This document shows, piece by piece, positions 35,701 through 43,291 of a stretch of DNA of 64,000 nucleotides. A program made the translations under genes and the position numbers. A model generated the notes under the pieces. That model was not told where the DNA came from and searched no databases. It saw nothing but the letters and a program-made list of their open reading frames with translations. How positions within the stretch are numbered: position 1 is the stretch's first letter; the number at the start of each line of letters is the position of its first letter. The DNA is from an uncultured Gemmatimonas sp. (lineage in GTDB: Bacteria; Gemmatimonadota; Gemmatimonadetes; Gemmatimonadales; Gemmatimonadaceae), in NCBI GenBank assembly GCA_964355025.1, contig CAYHCW010000001.1, positions 8,488 to 72,487 on the forward strand, given 5' to 3'.

Positions 35701-36797
35701 TACTGCGCGTTGCCGTTCTGGAACGTGCGTAGGTGCTCGGGGATGGGGTGCGTGATGTCGGGCGCGAGGTCGACGTTGTCTTGCTTCGCCCACCGCTCGG
35801 GCGGCTTCCACTTCTCCGGGCCGTCCGCCGAGTCCTCGGTGAAGGTGGGCGCCTGGCCTTGCGCGGCGGCGACCTCCTCAGCGGGCGGCGGCTCTACGTT
35901 CGGGAGCCCGGGGATGCTTTCGCTTTCGCCTCCCGCGCCGCTCTTTCCTTCTTCTTGTCCTTGACGAGCTGGTCGATTCGAGCGCGGGCGCTCGGTGGCA
36001 GGGCCCAATAGCCCGGAATCTCCACCGCTCCCAGCGCCTTGACCTCGCCGCTTGCCTTGTCCGCCATCGCCGCCATCCTTCCCCGGCGCCGCGCCGGCCT
36101 TGGGTCCGCTCTCGCCCGGGGTCTTCTTGCCGCCCTCACCGGGCTTCGCCGTGCCACCGCTCGAGGTCTTCTTGCCGTCGCCGGTGCCCGCACCTGCCGT
36201 TGTGCCACTCGCGGGCGCGGCGGGCTTCGCCGTCTTGCCCGCGGCGGCCTTCTTCTTGCGCTCCTCGTCCTCGACGGCCTTCTTCGCAGCGGCCTGCTCG
36301 GCGAGGTGCTGCTTCATGGCCTCTTCGCGCTTGCCGGGGGCGAGACGGCGCACCTTGAGCGGCATGGCCGCGTGCTTGGCGTGCGCGGCGATGGCGCCCT
36401 TGTGGTGCTCGCGGAGCATGGCCGAGAGCTCGGCCTTCGTGACCTTCTTCGTCTCGCCGGTCTCGTCGTGCTTGATGGTGAGCGTGCCGTCCTCGGCGAC
36501 GTGGGTGATGTGGAAGTGCCCGCCCTCGTGCATGAAGGCCGCGTGAAGGACGAAGTGGTCCTCGTGGGCAACGCCACGGCCGTGCTGCACCTGGTAGAAG
36601 TAGCGCCACGGCCGCTTCGGGTTCCCCGTCGGCACGCGCTTGAGGTACTTGTGCCCGAGGCCTTTTTGCAGGCCCCACAGTCGCTCGCCGTAGTCGGAGG
36701 GGAGCTCGAGCCACGCCGCAACATCGGGCGTCTCGACGGCGCCGAAGAGGCTCTTGAAGATGGCGCTGATGGGTCCGGAGCGTGGCAGCGTACTCAT
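32721..36797 (-). CDS. Giant virion-module protein P1358 with SNF2-type helicase core
   Basis: Contains the shared N-terminal module. Helicase motifs: I SPGLGKT (35595-35609), II FDESH (35304-35318), III YLSATP, and a late QVNGRMYRVGS. A K/G/A-rich low-complexity linker spans aa 170-300. Confidence 0.7.
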   Translation of the reverse strand: MSTLPRSGPISAIFKSLFGAVETPDVAAWLELPSDYGERLWGLQKGLGHKYLKRVPTGNPKRPWRYFYQVQHGRGVAHEDHFVLHAAFMHEGGHFHITHVAEDGTLTIKHDETGETKKVTKAELSAMLREHHKGAIAAHAKHAAMPLKVRRLAPGKREEAMKQHLAEQAAAKKAVEDEERKKKAAAGKTAKPAAPASGTTAGAGTGDGKKTSSGGTAKPGEGGKKTPGESGPKAGAAPGKDGGDGGQGKRRGQGAGSGGDSGLLGPATERPRSNRPARQGQEEGKSGAGGESESIPGLPNVEPPPAEEVAAAQGQAPTFTEDSADGPEKWKPPERWAKQDNVDLAPDITHPIPEHLRTFQNGNAQYQQVNDDQMYGAGQMLSAWARGHGIAIQDSPGLGKTVLGLTAMVAQGGKRNLIVIPEGGKKNLSVQWVDAADLFNIKAQRKVHPSDDGTFIASYGELYDNVVIGYKKDGKPVTEARLKPEFRNFDTIIFDESHNMANPDTARAQAGVQLQAHGQHVAYLSATPFTNIVDMHYLRHLGLYRTGPEFADWAAKAGAVVKPGASGYGDVPAKIENPSSAEPMTAIAATLLVDGRALKRGIDMSGVKTGFHVMSGGDDALPEHAQTTFRIADEVHAIAKDAGMDPTLLSAHMTNWAKAYWETLKADEAIERGKKALAEGKQVGFFTSYKEYKNSQLFGFARSLRRRAAKMRAKENHAQAHAFEMAAGRIDEKLKNLPPVINPVKKLVETFGGVGAVAEIHGGTNKDPVEEQKAFQAGTKKVVVCTMDKAGTGFSLHDIRGDAQREMINLSLPWSAAKMEQVNGRMYRVGSKSRANITYIVGDHPVERKNASRVAERAQRMGSLVDGNPGANDSAASLAAFEFGGDDDAEDIDKGLEGALDGAEGDGPAGEEGDDEPMTAGQIKKAAIQAAAADAYAHFRRVAEARKAGRDVIGEGHRERMKKKAAAADTGVRRAAAQLATVGIDVRRRSNGQYNLYGMRKHHKASAGRIAGIRGATADGHDQVVKLAEKLAVHDVKVTPLTVDEIGGSVRPRDIPGYIPPDPPPIGTKVTHTGGRWNGEASIVSHDGSGEVTVERPSTGGYYYGPIRHSAHVDDIEVAGTAKPAAGAEAPAPKPGPLGTAFGQQPTPSAPVAPPPTPKTTAPSAPALPAGHHAVGAKVKPTPAAQELLEDMGHGGNWTGTVTGHDGEKHHVEYTHPDTGAKATVPLRPKHLEAAAGATQPPPVVPPISTVGKPQLPPTAPSPAHHQSAADKGLRLHPMGTTHTFITGNTRQHYEDIKRKAPGARFDDHAQHGKGWRIGNEHLNAVFGGGTSPGLYRGPFGAIIGDLLKSAAQPRKVA

Positions 36798-36831
36798 GGT
36801 CGTCTCTCCCGTGGCCTCGCGCGCGAATGTA

Positions 36832-39800
36832 TCACGTCCATAACCTGTTGCACACGCCGAAAGCGGTGGCGAGCGGCCCGGCTTTGGCGACGGTGCCCGC
36901 GCCCGCGTGCGCTCGGCGCCCGATGCGCTTACCCTCGCGCGCCGGGTCCATCGCGAGGCGCTTGAACCGCCCGATGCTCATGGTGACGTGCCCGCCGTAG
37001 AAGCCGGGCGCGTCGTACTGCCGCTTGTAGGCGGCCACGGCGGCCACGGCCGTGCGCCATCCGAGGAAGACCTTGTCCTCGTCGGGCTTCCCGGTCGCCG
37101 GGTCCTTCTGATGGACAACGACAACGAGCGGCGAGTCGTGGTCCGGACCGATGTAGGCGTCGAGTGCGTCGCCGTCCATGCCGCCCGCGCCGCGAATCTC
37201 GCCGTAGTCCCAGCGCATGAGTGTGCGCCATGCGGTGCCGTCCTCGGCGACGCCTTCGCGGTAGGAGCCGCGCGCGTTCTCGACGTCGACCGTGAGCCCT
37301 TGGAAGTCGACGGTCCCGACGAAGGGGCACTTGCGTCGGCGCTTCGTCGCCGGCCCCATCGGCGGCCGGTGCGGTGCGTAGTGCGGAACCTGCGCGAGGC
37401 CTGCCTTGACGAGCGTCGCAAGGAGACGCGCGCCCTTCGTGAGGTTGTCGCCGAAGACGGCGAGCACGGCCTTGACGTGCGGCGCAATCTTTTCACGGAA
37501 CTCGGTCGGGTCGAAGTACGCCGATTGCGCCCCACCACTGTAGCTGACGTGCGTGAGGGTGGGGGCGACGACGCCGGTGTCGGCGAGCTGCTGATGAAGG
37601 TACTGCTCGACGCCGCGCGCGAGCACCTCGGTCCCCATCTGGTAGTAGGCGTTGCGCTCGTCGCTCGCGTCGTACGTGTCGCCGCCGAGCTCGGTCATGA
37701 GCTTACGCAGCACGTCGCCTTGCGCGTCCTTGTCCTTGAACCGCTCGTAGCCGCCTGTCGCCTTGACGGCGCGGTGGAACGAAAGGAGCTCTTTGCCGCC
37801 CGCGACACCGGCGACTTCGGCCTCAGTGGCATCGTGCAGGCGACGGCCATCGGGCGTCTGGAACTCCGCGTCGCCCGCGTGGCGCACGAGCCACGACGCC
37901 ATGTTGCCGATGTACTGATGGTTGCGTGTCTCGGTCGAGGCCTTTATCATCGCGTGCTCCGCCGCGAGGAGGTCGGGCGTGCTGCCTGCGGGACCATGGG
38001 GCAACCCGAGGTCGCGATGCACCTTCGCGCTCGCGCGAACGTGCGGCGGCGAAAGTCGCGTCATGGTGCCGCTGACGTTGCCGACCTGCTGATGCTGGAC
38101 GCGCACGGCGATGCGATTCTCGATGTAGTGCAGGAGCTCGTGGCCGAGCGACTTCTCGAAGCCCATGTTGATGGCGATGTGCGGCCCGATGCTACTCCGC
38201 GTGTCCGCTTGGAGCTTGCGCTTGCCCATCGTCTCGCGGTCCACGTCGGTCGGGCTGTTGGTCGGTTGGTAGTGCGCGTTGGCGCCGGCCGTGACCCATC
38301 GGTCGCTGATGACGAGCGGGAGCCCGGAGAGGTCGAGCTTCGTGAAGCCTGCGGCCTTCTCGAAGTGTTCGAGCGCGTGCCAGACGCCGCGAAGCGTGGC
38401 GGTGCGCGCCTCAGTGGACGACTGCGACGCTTCGTTGAGCTCGTTGAACGCGGCCTTGGCGGCGGGCGATGCCTTCTTGTCCACGGTCGGGACGATGTTC
38501 ACGCTGTCGGCGCCGAAGTTGACCTTCGAGAGGCGATTCCAGCGCGCGGACTGCTCTTTGTCGCTGTCGCGGGAGCCGCCCATGCGGACGCCGACGGCGG
38601 GCGTCGCGAACGCGGCATAGGCGTCGTCGTCAAGCACGACCTGGACGCCGAAACGCTCCGAGAAGAGCTGCTTGACCTTGGAGTGCTCGGCCTTGAGCGC
38701 GGTGAAGTGATGGTCGATGATGCCCGTCTGCGCCTCGAAGGGCTGCGCGTCGCGCCCGAGGTAGAGCGGCTGCAACAGAGCGTTGACGGCGGAGGTCGCC
38801 TCGGCGACGCGATGGTCCCAGTGATGGCGCTCCATCGCCGTGACCTGCGTCGTGCGGATGAGCTGCTTGTCCGCCTCGATGGCGCGCTCGAGCACGCCGA
38901 CGGGCTCGGTGCCGACGATGCGGAGGTGTGCCGCGGCCTCGTCGCCCTTCTCGGCGCGCGTGAGGTTCGTGTAGCCGAGGAGCTCCGAGATAGCCGCGGC
39001 GGGCACGAGGCCCGACTTGTAGGACGTCGAGGTGAGCGTCTTCAGGGCCACGAGGCCCGCTTGCGTGCGCACCTGCGGCAGGTTGTTCTTGAGGAACTCC
39101 CACGCGGTGCGCGTGCCGCGCGCGTCCTTGTAGTAGGCCGTGCGGGCGTCGGCGATGATACGCTCAATGGCGAGCGCGGCGCGGCCTTCGAGCGGGCGCT
39201 GGCGGTCGATGGCGAGGTCGTCGCGGGCGAGGTCGAAGTCGACGAACGAGCGAAGCGCTCGGACGGCGCGGCTGATGCTGCGCGCGGCCCATCGGTCCAC
39301 GGGGCCATCGAACGCGCCGGCGCCTTCCTTCCAGAGTCCCGTGGCGTCGTCGGCGCCATCGGTTCCGAGCGTCTTGGTGAAGAGCGACTTGAGCCACGCG
39401 CGCGCGTCTGCGTCGTGCTCGGTCCAGTTGGCGCCAACGGCGAAGCCGGCGAGGTCGCCGTAGTGGCGCTGGACGATATGCAGCGCGGCGAGGTCGCTCG
39501 GTGAGAGGTTCAGTCTCCCCTTATCGTCGTAGCTTCCCGCCCCCTCCAGCGTGCGGCTGCCCTCGAGGAGCGCCAGCGCGTCGCGCACGCGGCGGCGCTG
39601 CGCGTGGCCCTTCGGCGCGTGCGCTTCGTGGAACGCGTCACCGCCAGCGGGAATCTTCGCGAACCACTCCATCATGCCGCCGAAGGCGCGCACGATGTTC
39701 GCGTGGTAGGCCTCGGCTCGAGCTCGTTGCTTGGCCGTGCCGTGCAACCGCGCGGCATGCACGTCCTGTGCGGCGCGGTGGCCGACCTCTTTGAGCGCGT

Positions 39801-40137
39801 CGCGGTGGTGCTCGTGGACCACGTCGCGGAGCTGCGCGAGGGTCATCGTCCGCGTCTCGCCGCCCTCGTCGTGCTTGACCTTCACGGTGGCGCCGTTGCG
39901 CGCGATGACGTGGTAGTGGCCGCCGTCCACGCGGAAGGCGGCGCCGACCTGCATATCGTCGTCGTGCGCGAGGCCGCGCCCGAGACGCGCGGTGGCGCGG
40001 TAGATGTAGCGGTAGCGCGTCTTCCCTGTGCGCGTCGTGTGCCCCGTCGGTACTTTTGAAAGGTACTTATGGGCGAGGCCCTTGAGGAGAGCGAGGAGCG
40101 GGCCGGGGCGACGCCAGAATGGGACGGCGGCACTCAT
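36832..40137 (-). CDS. Giant virion-module protein P1101 with HExxH zincin-like motif
   Basis: Contains the shared N-terminal module. HELLH at 38128-38142, preceded by AHYQP..IAINMG and followed by TEVLARGVEQYL. The C-terminal segment WDYGEIRG..DGDALDAYIG resembles a pyrophosphatase-type core. ATGA overlap with the portal stop. Confidence 0.6.
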   Translation of the reverse strand: MSAAVPFWRRPGPLLALLKGLAHKYLSKVPTGHTTRTGKTRYRYIYRATARLGRGLAHDDDMQVGAAFRVDGGHYHVIARNGATVKVKHDEGGETRTMTLAQLRDVVHEHHRDALKEVGHRAAQDVHAARLHGTAKQRARAEAYHANIVRAFGGMMEWFAKIPAGGDAFHEAHAPKGHAQRRRVRDALALLEGSRTLEGAGSYDDKGRLNLSPSDLAALHIVQRHYGDLAGFAVGANWTEHDADARAWLKSLFTKTLGTDGADDATGLWKEGAGAFDGPVDRWAARSISRAVRALRSFVDFDLARDDLAIDRQRPLEGRAALAIERIIADARTAYYKDARGTRTAWEFLKNNLPQVRTQAGLVALKTLTSTSYKSGLVPAAAISELLGYTNLTRAEKGDEAAAHLRIVGTEPVGVLERAIEADKQLIRTTQVTAMERHHWDHRVAEATSAVNALLQPLYLGRDAQPFEAQTGIIDHHFTALKAEHSKVKQLFSERFGVQVVLDDDAYAAFATPAVGVRMGGSRDSDKEQSARWNRLSKVNFGADSVNIVPTVDKKASPAAKAAFNELNEASQSSTEARTATLRGVWHALEHFEKAAGFTKLDLSGLPLVISDRWVTAGANAHYQPTNSPTDVDRETMGKRKLQADTRSSIGPHIAINMGFEKSLGHELLHYIENRIAVRVQHQQVGNVSGTMTRLSPPHVRASAKVHRDLGLPHGPAGSTPDLLAAEHAMIKASTETRNHQYIGNMASWLVRHAGDAEFQTPDGRRLHDATEAEVAGVAGGKELLSFHRAVKATGGYERFKDKDAQGDVLRKLMTELGGDTYDASDERNAYYQMGTEVLARGVEQYLHQQLADTGVVAPTLTHVSYSGGAQSAYFDPTEFREKIAPHVKAVLAVFGDNLTKGARLLATLVKAGLAQVPHYAPHRPPMGPATKRRRKCPFVGTVDFQGLTVDVENARGSYREGVAEDGTAWRTLMRWDYGEIRGAGGMDGDALDAYIGPDHDSPLVVVVHQKDPATGKPDEDKVFLGWRTAVAAVAAYKRQYDAPGFYGGHVTMSIGRFKRLAMDPAREGKRIGRRAHAGAGTVAKAGPLATAFGVCNRLWT

Positions 40138-41819
40138 GCCGCTTCGACTATCCAGGCCCTTACGCCGCTATGGTGGCTCGGCGCCGGCACCATCGCGCGC
40201 CGAGCGCCGGGGCGACGCGGGCCCTTGCGCACGAGGCGGCCGTCGGCGAGCGCTTGCTCGCCCGACTTGACGAGCTGGCGCGTCCAGTCATCGACGCTGT
40301 TCCACCGCGTGCCCTTGATGGTGTCTGCATCCATGAAGCCGCTCTGCTGGTCGTCGGGCGGCATCGCGCCGTCGAACGGCTCGTCGTCCTCGCCCTCGCC
40401 GGGGGCGCCGCCTGGAGGCGCCGCGCCGTCACGCGCGCTCATAGCGGCCGACGCGAACTCCTGCGAGAGCGGGAGGTCGGCAATCTCGGAGTCGAGGCGC
40501 TCGAGGTCGTGCTCGTCGCGGAGCTCGTTCGGCGTCTTGTAGGTCTTGACCGCCTCCATCGCGAGCTTGTGGCGCTCAATCTCGGACATCGCGCCGAAGC
40601 CGCCGAACTCCATCATGAAGTCGGGGTCGAGCGGCTGGACAATCCACGTCGTGAACCACCATCCGAGCGAGCGAAGGATGGGGCGTAGCCCGCGCTCTTT
40701 GGAGGCGACGATGCGGTCGCCGGGACCTTGCGTGCTCAGCGCGGAGGTCTGGCCTTCGTTGCCGTAGATGAGGCCGTTTTCGGCCGGGTCCATGCCGTAG
40801 ACGAGGTGGGCGAGCTTGACGCGCCAGTTAATCCACTGGCTGTATTCCATATCCTTGTTCGTTTCGGACAGGGAGACGGCCTTGATGTCCTCGTGCATGC
40901 GCGGGTCGAGCTGAATGAAGGGCGTCCGCGCGGCGTTGCGCGGGCCCGTGAGCATGGCGGTGACGCTGCGCCGGAAGGCGCCCCAGACCTTACCGTCCAT
41001 GGTCGACATGACGGCGATGATGTGGTTCGCGTGCACGCCGTTGGTAAAGTTTACCGAATTGAACGTCTCGGCGTTCACGAGGTCGGTAATCACTACCACC
41101 AACTCGTCGAGCTCCGGAAAGCCGTACCGACCGATGGCCTGCAACGTGCGCGGGCGCCGGATGCCCCAAATCATCTCGTCGCGGGTGAACTCGGCGACGA
41201 CGCGGCCCGTGGAGTCGCGCTGCACCATCTCGGGCTCGCCGGGCTCGGGCCACGCCTGCCCACGCGCTCGGGCGGCGTCCTTGGGCTTGGCGAGGCGGAT
41301 GGTCGTCGCGTCGGAGGGCACGTAGCCGCAGGGCTTGCCGAGGCGGTTGTGCAGCACCTCGGCGTTGAGCTGGTCGTAGGTGAGCGAGTCGCGCATCATG
41401 GCCCGCACGGCGAGCTCCATGTTGCCGGGGCCCCATCGCCCGCCAGCGACCATGAGGACGTTCTCGATTTCGGTGGAGCGCCGCTCGGCGGCGGCCGTCA
41501 TCTTCGCCTTGCGGTCGCGCAGGGCCACACGGAAGCCGAGCTCGTAGGGCGACGACTGCGGCATGCAGAAGTCGGCCACCTGGTTGATGCGCGTGTTGAT
41601 GATGCCGCTGATGACGGGGACGCGGCTCATGGCGATGAGCTGGCGGTAGTCGAGGCCGAGCGCGCCGGGGTGGAAGGCGCTGTAGAGCGGGCTGGAGGTG
41701 TCCTCGAAGCCGAGGATGAGCGGGTCGACGTTGTGGACCTTGGGCTCGGCGCGGTTCGCTTCGATGAGCGCGGCGTCGCCGGGCTTTACGCCCTTGTCCT
41801 TGCGTCTGCGTCGGGCCAC
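40134..41819 (-). CDS. Portal protein
   Basis: 561 aa from GTG 41819, just after the upstream stop at 41828. Size, acidic C-terminus and position at the head of the late block next to MuF-associated genes support the call. The N-terminal 44 codons of the ORF-track entry were rejected. Confidence 0.6.
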   Translation of the reverse strand: MARRRRKDKGVKPGDAALIEANRAEPKVHNVDPLILGFEDTSSPLYSAFHPGALGLDYRQLIAMSRVPVISGIINTRINQVADFCMPQSSPYELGFRVALRDRKAKMTAAAERRSTEIENVLMVAGGRWGPGNMELAVRAMMRDSLTYDQLNAEVLHNRLGKPCGYVPSDATTIRLAKPKDAARARGQAWPEPGEPEMVQRDSTGRVVAEFTRDEMIWGIRRPRTLQAIGRYGFPELDELVVVITDLVNAETFNSVNFTNGVHANHIIAVMSTMDGKVWGAFRRSVTAMLTGPRNAARTPFIQLDPRMHEDIKAVSLSETNKDMEYSQWINWRVKLAHLVYGMDPAENGLIYGNEGQTSALSTQGPGDRIVASKERGLRPILRSLGWWFTTWIVQPLDPDFMMEFGGFGAMSEIERHKLAMEAVKTYKTPNELRDEHDLERLDSEIADLPLSQEFASAAMSARDGAAPPGGAPGEGEDDEPFDGAMPPDDQQSGFMDADTIKGTRWNSVDDWTRQLVKSGEQALADGRLVRKGPRRPGARRAMVPAPSHHSGVRAWIVEAA

Positions 41820-41827
41820 GTGCGGAC

Positions 41828-42181
41828 CTACCCGTGCGTCGCGACGCCGTAGGACTCGATGCCCACGACCGAATTGCCGGTCGTGCCGACGAGCACGATG
41901 CGGATGGCGCGGAAGCGCTGGCGCGGCAGGAGCGTGCCGAGCGCGGACCACGAGCCGTCGGGGCCGAGCGTGACGACGCTGCCCTCGCCGAGGCCGACGT
42001 CAATTTGCTCCCACTTGTCGGCCGGGCCGAGGACCCAGACGTTCCACGTGCCGCCGCCGAGGTCGATGCACTGCACTGTGTGCTGCGCGTAGCGCTCTTC
42101 GGTGGCGTAGCCGAGCGTGGACCTGTCGAGGTCGATGGTCGTGCCGAGGTCGGCTTCGAGGAGTCGTTTGGCCTTGTACAT
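41828..42181 (-). CDS. Small beta-rich protein, first gene of the late block
   Basis: 117 aa from ATG 42181 with a GGAGG RBS. RFRAIRIVLVGTTGN is weakly reminiscent of discoidin/galactose-binding-like folds. Confidence 0.4.
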   Translation of the reverse strand: MYKAKRLLEADLGTTIDLDRSTLGYATEERYAQHTVQCIDLGGGTWNVWVLGPADKWEQIDVGLGEGSVVTLGPDGSWSALGTLLPRQRFRAIRIVLVGTTGNSVVGIESYGVATHG

Positions 42182-42205
42182 GCGCGCCTCCGGCAGACGG
42201 GCACG

Positions 42206-42234
42206 AGCGTACGCGCACGCGGAACGGGGGTCAA
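42206..42234 (-). promoter_or_regulatory. Sigma70-like promoter candidate TTGACC-N17-TACGCT for the late block
   Basis: Minus strand: TTGACC (42229-42234), a 17-nt spacer, TACGCT (42206-42211). A GGAGG RBS and ATG 42181 follow. Confidence 0.4.
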
Positions 42235-42547
42235 GCGAAAGACGGGGCTTTGAATGCGCGAGGGCGGCTCCCTCGCGGGAACCGCCCCAACGCTCCACCT
42301 GACATCGCGTCACGGCAGTCAGGGCCGCGCCCTCGTCGCCGGCCAGCGCGAGAGAGCCACCGCGCTTTCCCGTTCTGCCGAGGGGAGGATGCGCGGGACG
42401 CTGCCGCATTCCCGGGGTCGCAGCGGCGCGAGTCGGACGTCGTACGGCGCCCACGAGGCTTGTCCCGACGAGGTCCCGGAGACTGGCGCGTCCGCCAGCG
42501 TCGGGCAGTTTCGCACGACTGCGGGGTTGCGTGTTTTATTTGTTTAG

Positions 42548-42590
42548 TAGCGCTAATTATTTCCTTGCGTGATTAGCGCTGCGCTAATAG
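42548..42590 (+). promoter_or_regulatory. Operator/promoter: 17-bp palindrome ATTAGCGCTGCGCTAAT plus upstream half-site
   Basis: Perfect palindrome at 42572-42588 overlapping a -10-like TAATAG (42585-42590). Half-site TAGCGCTAAT at 42548-42557. AT-rich context, 45 nt upstream of ATG 42634. Confidence 0.5.
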
Positions 42591-42633
42591 TCTTCGAGGT
42601 GCAAGGGGCGAGGCCCCGGAAGGAACGTGAACC

Positions 42634-42807
42634 ATGAAGACGCAAAAGCTCCTGACCGCCGACATCGGCGTGCACATCCGCACGGTGCGCGACCACTACA
42701 CGACGCCGCGCGGCGCCGAGTACCTGCGGGCGATGGGCGCCGCCTCCCCGGCGACCGAAATCACCCGATACGACGCGCTCCTCGCGCGGCTGGCGAAGGA
42801 GGGTTGA
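42634..42807 (+). CDS. 57-aa HTH-like protein (below the ORF-track size cutoff)
   Basis: Read from the sequence: MKTQKLLTADIGVHIRTVRDHYTTPRGAEYLRAMGAASPATEITRYDALLARLAKEG. GGAAGGA RBS. The stop is 3 nt before the next ATG. Confidence 0.45.
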   Translation: MKTQKLLTADIGVHIRTVRDHYTTPRGAEYLRAMGAASPATEITRYDALLARLAKEG

Positions 42808-42810
42808 GCC

Positions 42811-43209
42811 ATGAGCCGCGTTCGCTACGGCCAATCCGGTTACTCTGGCCTTTCGCGCTCCAACCGCGCCGTCGAGGCCGAGTCCAACGACCGCCTCCCC
42901 ATGACGCGAGCCGTCGCCGCCATCCGCAAGCGCGCCGGCTGCACGGCGCGGCAAGCCCGCGAGGCGTGCGCGGCCGTCGGTGCCGCCGAATGGCACCACG
43001 TGGGGAAGTACGCGGCTCGCGTCAACTACTACGACGTCGGCGCGGCGTGCAACTGGCTCGCCGCGAAAGACGCCATCGCACGGCTTCCGGGCGACGCCCG
43101 CGAGCGCTTCCGACGCAAGGAAGCGACGCTCGCCGACCTCGCCCGCGAAGCCGACACGGACGAGCGCACTGTCGAGCGCTTCCTGTATCGCGACTGGACC
43201 GGCGAGTAG
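42811..43209 (+). CDS. Hypothetical 132-aa protein
   Basis: Tightly follows the small HTH gene. SNRAVEAESNDRLPMTRAV at the N-terminus. Family not recognised. Confidence 0.4.
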   Translation: MSRVRYGQSGYSGLSRSNRAVEAESNDRLPMTRAVAAIRKRAGCTARQAREACAAVGAAEWHHVGKYAARVNYYDVGAACNWLAAKDAIARLPGDARERFRRKEATLADLAREADTDERTVERFLYRDWTGE

Positions 43210-43259
43210 TCCGACGTCGCGCCCAACCTCCGAGCCCGCGCTCGGGGGAACGGCGCGGC
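43205..43259 (+). repeat. Intergenic repeat copy 1 (AGTAGTCCGACGTCGCGCCC .. hairpin .. GGAACGGCGCGGC)
   Basis: Starts in the last sense codon and stop codon of 42811..43209. Hairpin CCGAGC/GCTCGG. Shares a 20-nt identical head and a 13-nt tail with copy 2. Confidence 0.6.
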
Positions 43260-43291
43260 ACCGGACGCCGCCCACGACCTGAGAGGACACC

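Noticed and set aside
36907-39504. 865-aa plus-strand ORF.
   Set aside because: It is antisense to P1101 and has an Arg/Gly/Val/Asp-rich composition. The minus-strand frame has the HELLH motif and the shared N-terminal module.
42182-42633. tRNA or small protein genes in the long non-coding gap.
   Set aside because: I saw no GTTCGAATC-type T-loop or cloverleaf by eye. The listed ORFs translate to junk. Only the 57-aa HTH ORF at 42634 was accepted. A proper tRNA/ncRNA scan is still needed.
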